Positions 1 to 8,004 of a DNA stretch of 64,000 bases are shown in pieces. Both the position numbers and the translations under genes were made by a program. The notes below the pieces were generated by a model, which was not told where the DNA came from, made no database searches, and saw only the letters and a list, made by a program, of their open reading frames with translations. Location of the stretch: sequence record SRR22947727_488. One strand, 5' to 3'. The first letter of the stretch is position 1. Every line of letters begins with the position of its first letter.

Positions 1-27
1 AAATTGACCCTTGGACAAATATGCTTC
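1..27. repeat. 27-bp exact inverted copy of 541-567 (probable amplification/assembly chimera)
   Basis: 1-27 aaattgacccttggacaaatatgcttc is the exact reverse complement of 541-567 gaagcatatttgtccaagggtcaattt. Confidence 0.9.
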
Positions 28-147
28 TAAGTCTTCCTTTTTATATGCCCTTTTTATTTCAATACCTTCTGGAGCCACCCAAGCAATGTTATCTGAATTT
101 TCAACATCAGGAGTATTAATTTTTATTTTAGTAAAATCAGGTGTAAT
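1..147 (-). CDS. methylmalonyl-CoA mutase large subunit, N-terminal fragment (runs off window; last 9 codons chimeric)
   Basis: Manual translation ITPDFTKIKINTPDVENSDNIAWVAPEGIEIKRAYKKEDL matches the PDF...W.xPEGI.xK.xY...DL N-terminus of MutB/ScpA; directly follows the small subunit; SD AAGGAG 8 nt before an ATT codon. Confidence 0.7.
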   Translation of the reverse strand, partial: MTPDFTKIKINTPDVENSDNIAWVAPEGIEIKRAYKKEDLEAYLSKGQF

Positions 148-148
148 G

Positions 149-1378
149 CTAAAGACTCCTTATTTCTGGATTTGGAAGAGTATCATCTGCATGAAGTGTT
201 ACCCCCAATATTGGTTCATTTTTCAATTTTCTTTTATTTGAGGCGTTTTTAATTCTAATTTGAAACTCACTTAAATTTTGAATACCTCCTTCACTTTCTA
301 TGGTTTGAAATTCACTCCAAGCCTTATCAACTAATGCATGTGTCATACGTTCATGAAAATAGCTTCCATGCGCAGGGTCATTAACTATGCCCAAATGACT
401 TTCCTCCATCATCATAAGTTGCATATTTCTAGATATTCTGTGCCCCATTTTGGTAGGTAGTCCAATTGGGTCTGTGAATGGTAGTGTTGTGATGAAATCG
501 GCTCCACCAATTATGGCCCCAAAACTAGCGCTCATAACACGAAGCATATTTGTCCAAGGGTCAATTTTTTGCATCATTCGACTAGATGTATTTGAATGTA
601 TAGTTATAGCAGCATCTTTGATTCCAAATTCTTTTGTTATATTTGAGTAGATCTCTCGAGCAGCTCTAAGCTTTGCAATACTTAAGTGCGCATCCTGATT
701 TGTACAAAACTCTACATTTAGATGTTTGGATATTTCTTCCCCAAAAGTACGATAACAATAGGCCACTGAGGAAGCAAAATGTGCTAACTCCTGAGCTTCA
801 GTTCCGCCATTATTGTGAACTTTGCAAGAATTAATGGTAATTGCGCGCCAATTGCCTGGTAGATTATTGACCACATTTTCTAAATTATTAGTTAGTGGGT
901 TTAAACCTAAATAAACAGATGACTTTTTTAATTTTTTAAACAAGTCAATATTATCAATGGAGTTATTTGGAGTAATAACAATTGGTATATATTCTGTATA
1001 TATGCTATCTAATAAACGATCAAGTTCATTGCTGTTTTTAATATTTAATGTTTCTTCACCTAATTTAAAACGCAAGGCACTTGCACCGCCCTCTAGATCA
1101 ATTAGGGCCTGTTTGTTGGCATGATTAACATTAGGATCACTGAGAACTGCTGTTATGTGCCATGATCGGCCTTCAAGATGCGGAACTTCTACCTTTGGGG
1201 ATGTTTTGATTTCATGACTAATATCAGCTGAAGTTGATAAAGGACCTCTAATTATATGGTCATCTGTTCTTTTTGTTATATCGTCAATACCTGATCCACG
1301 TAGACCTTTTACAACTAAACTCTCCCACTCTGATTTTAATTTCTTTAAGGAGTTATTTTGTTTCAATATACTATTCAT
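149..1378 (-). CDS. methylmalonyl-CoA mutase small (beta) subunit-like protein
   Basis: HNNGGTEAQELA, IAKLRAAR, DPWTNMLR, RISRNMQL, DPAHGSYFHE motifs of the MCM family; no B12-binding DxHxxG. Confidence 0.85.
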   Translation of the reverse strand: MNSILKQNNSLKKLKSEWESLVVKGLRGSGIDDITKRTDDHIIRGPLSTSADISHEIKTSPKVEVPHLEGRSWHITAVLSDPNVNHANKQALIDLEGGASALRFKLGEETLNIKNSNELDRLLDSIYTEYIPIVITPNNSIDNIDLFKKLKKSSVYLGLNPLTNNLENVVNNLPGNWRAITINSCKVHNNGGTEAQELAHFASSVAYCYRTFGEEISKHLNVEFCTNQDAHLSIAKLRAAREIYSNITKEFGIKDAAITIHSNTSSRMMQKIDPWTNMLRVMSASFGAIIGGADFITTLPFTDPIGLPTKMGHRISRNMQLMMMEESHLGIVNDPAHGSYFHERMTHALVDKAWSEFQTIESEGGIQNLSEFQIRIKNASNKRKLKNEPILGVTLHADDTLPNPEIRSL

Positions 1379-1530
1379 ATGTTCTATCTAATGATTGCAA
1401 TTAAAAGTTCAACTTATCTAATAGATAGTTGGTGGAATTTGTATTATGTATTAAAGGTATATAGGAGATAAGGGCTTTATTATATGCCTTTTTTTAATAT
1501 ATAACCCATAAACTTAATATGGATACCTGA

Positions 1531-2313
1531 ATGTCTAATTTACCCACAGAAGAAACAGTTATATCGGTAGAGCATTACACTGATAGGTTATTCAAATTTA
1601 CAATTAGTCGTCCTTCTAGTTTCAGATTTAGATCAGGTGAATTTGTAATGATTGGTTTGCCTAAAATTGAAGGTCAAAATAAATCAATAATGAGAGCTTA
1701 TTCAGTTGCAAGTCCATCTTGGGATGATGAGCTTGAGTTTTATTCAATTAAAGTTGTTGATGGACCATTGACGTCACGCTTGCAAAAAATTAAGAAAGGT
1801 GACACCATTTTATTAAGCAGAAAACCTGTCGGAACATTGGTCTTAGATGCCCTTTTGCCTGGCAAAAATCTATATATGTTTTCTACTGGAACTGGCATAG
1901 CTCCCTTTGCCTCACTAATAAGAGATCCAGAGACATATGAGCGTTATGAAAGAGTGATATTAACTCATACATGTAGGCAAAAAGCTGAGTTGTCTTATGG
2001 ATTGCAATTATTAGAAAAAATTAAGAATGATCCTTTAGTTGGTGATATGGTGAACAATAAACTTCTTCATTTAACTTCATTAACACGTGAAAAACACTCT
2101 CTAAATGGCCGTATAACGGATTTGATTCAGTCAGGGGGTTTGTTTAAGGAAATAGGTTCACATATAATGAATAATAATGATGATAGAGCTATGATATGTG
2201 GTTCAAAAGAGATGATTGATGACACAGCCAAGATAATGAGGCAATTTGGCCTTCGTGAAGGTTCAAACTCAAACCCAGCTGAGTTTGTTATAGAGAAATC
2301 TTTTGTTGGTTGA
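1531..2313 (+). CDS. fpr: ferredoxin--NADP+ reductase (bacterial type)
   Basis: FRFRSGEFVMIG, RAYSVAS, GPLTSRLQ, TGTGIAPF, MICGS, C-terminal EKSFVG. Confidence 0.93.
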   Translation: MSNLPTEETVISVEHYTDRLFKFTISRPSSFRFRSGEFVMIGLPKIEGQNKSIMRAYSVASPSWDDELEFYSIKVVDGPLTSRLQKIKKGDTILLSRKPVGTLVLDALLPGKNLYMFSTGTGIAPFASLIRDPETYERYERVILTHTCRQKAELSYGLQLLEKIKNDPLVGDMVNNKLLHLTSLTREKHSLNGRITDLIQSGGLFKEIGSHIMNNNDDRAMICGSKEMIDDTAKIMRQFGLREGSNSNPAEFVIEKSFVG

Positions 2314-2325
2314 TTCTAAGGGTGC

Positions 2326-4728
2326 TCAGTTCATAGCCCCAAGGGTAAGTAATGAAACACGTATCCCAATACCTGATGTATTTCTGGTAACGTTGTTGAA
2401 AGATTTGGAATTAAAATTGTTTTTAGCATAAAATACTTCAATTAATGTACAGTCGTCATTAAATTTCAAACTAAATCTCTGGTTACGCATGATTTTCAAA
2501 TCAATATCGCGCGCTGCGGAATAACCTAGACTCCAGTTTTTATAGAACTTTATATTTACATTTCCATTTACTTGTTGATTTGGTACCCCGTTATTAAAGT
2601 TTGAGTTTATTGCTGAATTCAATCTATAATAGCGAATGTTTGTATCGATGTATTTACTGCGATAATTAAGATTTGAATCAAGCCTCCGTAATATATTTTT
2701 ATTATGATCATAGCGTAACCTGGTTCTAATAGATAATTTTTTGTTAATATCTAATTCAAGAGTACCAACCATATCAGATTCTTTATTTTTCAACCCAGAG
2801 CCTTCTGAAAAATTATTATCGGAGTTATCTGTATAGCTTTGCCCTATAAATAGTTGAGCGCGAGTATCTCCCGCATCTGCTATAAATGCTGCTCCAATAT
2901 CAGCTCTAAGTCCTGTTTGCCAAAAATCAAACCCCGATGATTTGTTACTTTGCCACAATAAGTTTTCTGTAAAATCAATATCCTCTCCTTCCTGTTGAGT
3001 AGATATGTAGTTAATTTCATTATTTGTGCCTGTTTCTTGTTCAGAAGAGGATTGATACGCCAGAAATCGATCAAGTTTTTCGCTTCCAAAACTATTTGTT
3101 AGTTGAACTCGTGGCTCTATAATTAAGTTTATGTTTTTTCCTGATTTAATCAGCGGATATCTGGCGTCAAATCCTATTTGTCCTAGATTTCTTTGAAATT
3201 CAATATCGTCATAAATATACTCTGACTTGTCTTCAGGTTTTATTTTATAAAAATCATATCTACTATTCATAAAAGTCTTAAGCTCTAAACCTATTGGAGT
3301 GATCATATTTTTGCTATAGTCGATACCGGCTGACCCTCGTAAATAGTTATTGCCTATATCACGAGTAAGTGCGGTAAAATCACCATACCCTTTTATACGT
3401 CCGTTGAAAATTGGTTCGGTCCAATATTTCTCAACTTCAACTTTTGGTGCAAGTATTGGTAATTCTCGATCATCAGGTTTACTAACGCTTATTAAGCCTG
3501 TGGTCGTATTCTTTCTGAAATTTGATCTTAAGTCTTGATAGCCAACAGTTGAGGTAGAAAAGCGAAAACTATCTTGTTGAGCAACAATAAAAGCTTGTGA
3601 TGTATTTCTTCTTCCAACAGGATTGTAAACTCCAAATCTATCAGATGGCTCCTCAAGGTTATAACGGTTTAAGTAATCATCATCCGAAGATAGCTCTAAT
3701 CCAAAACCGTAAGTCCATGTTTTATTTGGAGAAAATAGCCCTTTTATAAAGGTATGTGAACGTAATTTTTCTCCTAATGGTGCATCAGAAGGATTTCGAA
3801 AGTCTTCTAGGTTAAATTCATTACCGTTACGATCGAAAAAATTTGAGTACGTAAAGCTTCCATCAGCACTTATAGCGCCACTGTTAAATTTACGAGTAAA
3901 TTGATACTTCATCATTGGATTTACATTTTGGAATACATAAGGAGTAATTATTGCTTCTGTGTATTCATTAATTGCCCAATAATATGGTGTTCTTGTGTTA
4001 AAACCTTTACTTGACGTTACGCCAACAAAGGGAGTTAAAAACCCACTTGACCTTTCAGCACTTGGGTCTGGATGGGCTAGATATGGCGTCCAAAATAGCG
4101 GTAAGCCTGCAATCTCTAACAAAGCGCTATTGTATCGAAAAGTCCGAGTTTTCTTGTCTTGTCTAACTTTTCGCGCTTTTATTCGCCAAGAAGGTTTTTT
4201 GGTCTTAGCCTTTTCCTTGCATAATTTGCAGGCAGTGTAGTAAGCGTTATAAAGTTCTATTTCTCCGTTTTCAGTCCGGGTAGCAAAAGCTGCTGAGGTT
4301 ATACCATTTCCTACTTGTCTAGCTGTAAAGTCAGTGGCAGTACCAGTTTCAAGCTCATTGGATAGTTCTAATTTGCTGGCATATTGTGTTGATCCGTTTG
4401 GATCAATTAAAACTACATTTCCACTTGCAATAACAACACCTGTAGACAATGTGTAAACTACTTTTTCCGCTCTTAATGTTCTTTCTTGATATTTACCTAT
4501 CACCTGACCGGATGCTATTAGTACTCCATCATTTTCATTATTAATGAGCGAATCTGCTTCAAGATAAATTATATCAGGATCGCGAAAGGGATTGTTTATA
4601 AATTCATTAGTAACCATTGCTTTCTTGCTGGCAGTAGCACTTTCTTGGGCGTTAGCAATATTACCAAACATTACCGTCATAGTCAGCACCAGTAATTTTA
4701 TTACTTTAATGTTTCTTATATCAGGCAA
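2326..4728 (-). CDS. lptD: LPS-assembly protein LptD
   Basis: 800 aa, signal peptide, beta-jellyroll N-terminus (IYLEADSL), YTAC..C, PSWRIKA, RSSGFLTP, C-terminal DDC and beta-signal. Confidence 0.9.
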   Translation of the reverse strand: MPDIRNIKVIKLLVLTMTVMFGNIANAQESATASKKAMVTNEFINNPFRDPDIIYLEADSLINNENDGVLIASGQVIGKYQERTLRAEKVVYTLSTGVVIASGNVVLIDPNGSTQYASKLELSNELETGTATDFTARQVGNGITSAAFATRTENGEIELYNAYYTACKLCKEKAKTKKPSWRIKARKVRQDKKTRTFRYNSALLEIAGLPLFWTPYLAHPDPSAERSSGFLTPFVGVTSSKGFNTRTPYYWAINEYTEAIITPYVFQNVNPMMKYQFTRKFNSGAISADGSFTYSNFFDRNGNEFNLEDFRNPSDAPLGEKLRSHTFIKGLFSPNKTWTYGFGLELSSDDDYLNRYNLEEPSDRFGVYNPVGRRNTSQAFIVAQQDSFRFSTSTVGYQDLRSNFRKNTTTGLISVSKPDDRELPILAPKVEVEKYWTEPIFNGRIKGYGDFTALTRDIGNNYLRGSAGIDYSKNMITPIGLELKTFMNSRYDFYKIKPEDKSEYIYDDIEFQRNLGQIGFDARYPLIKSGKNINLIIEPRVQLTNSFGSEKLDRFLAYQSSSEQETGTNNEINYISTQQEGEDIDFTENLLWQSNKSSGFDFWQTGLRADIGAAFIADAGDTRAQLFIGQSYTDNSDNNFSEGSGLKNKESDMVGTLELDINKKLSIRTRLRYDHNKNILRRLDSNLNYRSKYIDTNIRYYRLNSAINSNFNNGVPNQQVNGNVNIKFYKNWSLGYSAARDIDLKIMRNQRFSLKFNDDCTLIEVFYAKNNFNSKSFNNVTRNTSGIGIRVSLLTLGAMN

Positions 4729-4884
4729 TTTTGCTCCTCAACATTACTCTACTAACTATCTTAGTCGGTCCCTTTAGGATGCAATAGCTAAATGACTTCA
4801 CTAGGTCTATCAATTTAATAAGAAAAAAAGAAATAACATACTTAAAATTTTGTAATATTTAAGACTTATTCTTGAGAATTAGCT

Positions 4885-4916
4885 ATTATTGTGATTGTAT
4901 GACTATCAACAATAAT
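4885..4916. promoter_or_regulatory. imperfect palindrome, candidate operator upstream of the aldolase
   Basis: ATTATTGT-GATTGTATGACTATCA-ACAATAAT with GntR-like core TTGTATGACTA, 15 bp before the ATG. Confidence 0.4.
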
Positions 4917-4931
4917 CATGAAAGCTAAATT

Positions 4932-5765
4932 ATGAAACAAAATAATTCTTCTGCTTTGCATGTTGATAGTGGATTTGACATTCCATGCCCAAATACGGTC
5001 CCATGTTTAAAGGATAAAGTTAGTAAAGAAGAATGGGCTGTAAGACTTCAACTGGCAGCAACTTACAGATTATGCGCTATATATGGCTGGACAGATTTAG
5101 TTTTCACGCATATTTCTGCTCGATTACCTGATGAGGGTGGTGAGCACCGTTTCTTAATAAATCCTTATGGGGTTATGTTCGAAGAGATAACAGCGTCCTC
5201 TTTAATTAAAATCGATATGAAAGGTACTGTATGTCAAGACACGAATTATTTTATTAACCCTGCCGGTTTTACAATACACTCCGCAGTACACTTAGCGCGT
5301 GAAGATGCGGGCTGCGTAATCCATGTTCATACTCCCTATGGTATTGCGGTTTCTGCACAAAAAAAAGGTTTAAGGAGATATTCGCAAATGGCGATGCAGG
5401 TATTAGATGATTTAGCGTATCATGATTATGAAGGCATAGCTCTGGAACTTGATGAGCGTAAGAGAATTGTAAAAAATCTTGGGTCTAAGAGCTTATTAAT
5501 GTTACGTAACCACGGTACATTAACTTTAGGAATGACATGCGGCGTCGCATTTCTAAGGATGTATTTCTTAGAAAATGCATGCAAATCTCAAATATTAGCT
5601 CAGTCAGCTGGAGGTGAAAATGAACTTACTGAGCAATCTCCTGAAATGAGTAAAAAAGTTTATGCTCAAGGTGCTGCTGCATTTGTTCCTGGGATGGGTG
5701 ATAATCTAGTATGGCCAGGTCTTATGCGTAAATTATCTAGATTAAATCCTGGTTACGATAAATAG
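4932..5765 (+). CDS. class II aldolase/adducin family protein
   Basis: THISAR, FLINPYG, NPAGFTIHSAVH, HVH, LRNHG Zn-binding motifs. Confidence 0.9.
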   Translation: MKQNNSSALHVDSGFDIPCPNTVPCLKDKVSKEEWAVRLQLAATYRLCAIYGWTDLVFTHISARLPDEGGEHRFLINPYGVMFEEITASSLIKIDMKGTVCQDTNYFINPAGFTIHSAVHLAREDAGCVIHVHTPYGIAVSAQKKGLRRYSQMAMQVLDDLAYHDYEGIALELDERKRIVKNLGSKSLLMLRNHGTLTLGMTCGVAFLRMYFLENACKSQILAQSAGGENELTEQSPEMSKKVYAQGAAAFVPGMGDNLVWPGLMRKLSRLNPGYDK

Positions 5766-5766
5766 T

Positions 5767-6834
5767 TTATTCATTGCTAATACTTTCCTGAGAAATAAGT
5801 ATTTTAACTTTTTGTATTTCTTCTTTATTTAAAATGCTTTCTAGACTTTTTTTCAGGTTTTCTCTATCTAGATCATATGCATTATTTCCACTTTTTCCCG
5901 ATTTAAGAAGCCAATAATAAGAGTCTTTAAAGTTACGCTGAACACCTTCGCCTTTTGCTAAAATGAACGAATATAGAAACTGACCCTCTTTATCTCCACC
6001 ATAAGCTGACTTTTTAAACCAATAAGCGAAATCTTTGTCTAGATCTGCTTTTACTTTTTTTTGATATATTAAAAGTCCATAATCTGCCTGAGCTGGTGGG
6101 TAATTTCCATGAGCAGATTGTTTTATATATTTAGAAGCTTTGGCGATATTTTGCACAAAATTCAAATTTTCCGCATACATAATACCAGAGATATATGCAG
6201 CTTCTATATGTCCGGCATTAGCTGCTAATTCATAAAATTTAAGGGCTTTGTCTGCATCAATATTAATATATCTATCTCCTAATAATTTTGTAGCTTCATT
6301 ATTGAAACCATTGGATGCTTTTTGTAATATATCAAGAGAAAGTGGCTTATTAATATTAACTCCAATACCTTTAAAGTAAATCTCAGAAAGTGCTATCATA
6401 GCATCAGTACGACCCATATCAGATGCTTTTGTAAAATATAATAATGCATCGTTTAAAGTTAACTCTGCTTGTTTTAGCAATGCCATCTCACCAAGTGCTA
6501 TGAATGCATCAGGAATATTTTGATTTGCTGCTAATAAGTACCATTTTTTTGCTTTTTTTAGATTTTTTAAAGGTGGATCTGATTTCCTTAGTATTTCTCC
6601 TATTAATAATGAAGATTCCACTGATCCATATTCGTAAGATAATTTTGCAAATTCTAATGCTTGTATGTCATTATTATTTTCATAAGCTTTTAAAGAAAGT
6701 TTGTAGTATCTTTCTGAGTCAAGCTGATTTTGCGAAATAATTTTATATTCTGAGTTATTATCTAACGTATATGCTGATGACACAGTTGAGATAACTGCAA
6801 GACTACCGATGCTATATTTTTTGAATCGGACCAA
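5767..6834 (-). CDS. exported Sel1-like repeat protein
   Basis: Repeated AxxWYxxAAxQ / A..LG..Y..G.GV units; start moved from 6948 to TTG 6834, which gives a signal-peptide-like N-terminus (MVRFKKYSIGSLAVISTVSSA). Confidence 0.8.
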   Translation of the reverse strand: MVRFKKYSIGSLAVISTVSSAYTLDNNSEYKIISQNQLDSERYYKLSLKAYENNNDIQALEFAKLSYEYGSVESSLLIGEILRKSDPPLKNLKKAKKWYLLAANQNIPDAFIALGEMALLKQAELTLNDALLYFTKASDMGRTDAMIALSEIYFKGIGVNINKPLSLDILQKASNGFNNEATKLLGDRYINIDADKALKFYELAANAGHIEAAYISGIMYAENLNFVQNIAKASKYIKQSAHGNYPPAQADYGLLIYQKKVKADLDKDFAYWFKKSAYGGDKEGQFLYSFILAKGEGVQRNFKDSYYWLLKSGKSGNNAYDLDRENLKKSLESILNKEEIQKVKILISQESISNE

Positions 6835-7454
6835 ACTGCATTTGACAAAGCTATAAAGTCTGCACCAGCTTTTATTATATTTTCTGCATTTGAAATATTT
6901 ATGCCGCCAATGGCTACACATGGAATTTCTACAGCTTCCTGCCACCATTCTAATATCTCCGTATTTGCTTTGTATTTTGCATTTTTTGTTTCTGATTTAT
7001 AAAAAGCACCAAAGGCTACATAATTCGCTCCCAATGAGGCAGCTTTAAAGGCTAATTCTTTAGAACCGTGACATGTTACGCCAATTATAGCTTTTTGTCC
7101 CAATAAGTTTCTTGCATAGGAATAATCAGCATCTTTTTGTCCTAAATGCACACCGTCTGCTTTTACTGCTTTTGCAACATTTGGATTATCATTTATTATT
7201 ATAAGCGTACCGTATCTATCACAAACTGGTTTAATTTTATTAAATAACCTAACAATTATTTCATCATCTTCGCATTCATTATTTTCCTTTTTTAGTCTTA
7301 TTTGTAAACAATTCACTGGTGCAGCTGCAAGTGCTGTTTCTAAGTCTAAACAAAACAAATCAAGATCTATTATTTGTGAGGGCGTGATTAGGTATAATTG
7401 ACAAACGTTAACTGACATTTTGTTTGTAATACTTGATTGAAAACTTACTGACAT
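6762..7454 (-). CDS. thiE: thiamine phosphate synthase
   Basis: LYLITP, QIRLK, IINDN, DGVHLGQ.D, IGVTCH, FGAFY, VAIGGI; start may be the second Met. Confidence 0.88.
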   Translation of the reverse strand: MSVSFQSSITNKMSVNVCQLYLITPSQIIDLDLFCLDLETALAAAPVNCLQIRLKKENNECEDDEIIVRLFNKIKPVCDRYGTLIIINDNPNVAKAVKADGVHLGQKDADYSYARNLLGQKAIIGVTCHGSKELAFKAASLGANYVAFGAFYKSETKNAKYKANTEILEWWQEAVEIPCVAIGGINISNAENIIKAGADFIALSNAVWSDSKNIASVVLQLSQLCHQHIR

Positions 7455-7553
7455 CCATAATGTTTGTTGTTACTTCAGTAATTGATATATGTTAAGTTTT
7501 ATTTTACTAATTGAAATAAATAAAAATACCTAATTAATAGTGTGGTGAAGCAA

Positions 7554-7934
7554 ATGAATACACATAAAGGTGAGTGTCACTGTAAAAAAATTCAATTTAC
7601 GTTTAAAGCACCAGCAAGTGTATCGATTACTATTTGTAACTGCTCAATATGTAATACATCAGGCTTTCAACATGTGTTTATTCCTCATGAGGATTTTACT
7701 TTATTGAGCGGTGAAAGCTTTTTAAAAAGTTACCGATTTGGATCTCGTAAAGCGCAACATATGTTTTGCACAGAGTGTGGGGTTAAGTCATTCTATCAAC
7801 CCAGGTCTCACCCTGATAAATATAGTATAAACTATAGATGTATAAAAAAGGGTACATTGAGTATTCAAAATACTATAAAATTTGATGGTAAAAACTGGGA
7901 AAAAAATATCAATTCATTAAAAAGCAAGGTTTGA
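7554..7934 (+). CDS. GFA/CENP-V family Zn-binding protein
   Basis: GECHC, CNCSIC, FCTECG motifs. Confidence 0.88.
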   Translation: MNTHKGECHCKKIQFTFKAPASVSITICNCSICNTSGFQHVFIPHEDFTLLSGESFLKSYRFGSRKAQHMFCTECGVKSFYQPRSHPDKYSINYRCIKKGTLSIQNTIKFDGKNWEKNINSLKSKV

Positions 7935-8004
7935 TTAGTCTAATCATACTAAATATAGTATATTTTACATCTTTATTTTTAATTAATTATCGAATGATTT
8001 AAAT

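Noticed and set aside
1470-1495. AAGGGC...GCCTTTTTTT hairpin upstream of fpr
   Set aside because: Short stem with a 10-nt loop in a divergent promoter region; too weak to call a terminator.
6835-6948. N-terminal extension of the Sel1 ORF given in the track
   Set aside because: Cys/Lys-rich off-frame read of thiE; a downstream TTG gives a better signal peptide.
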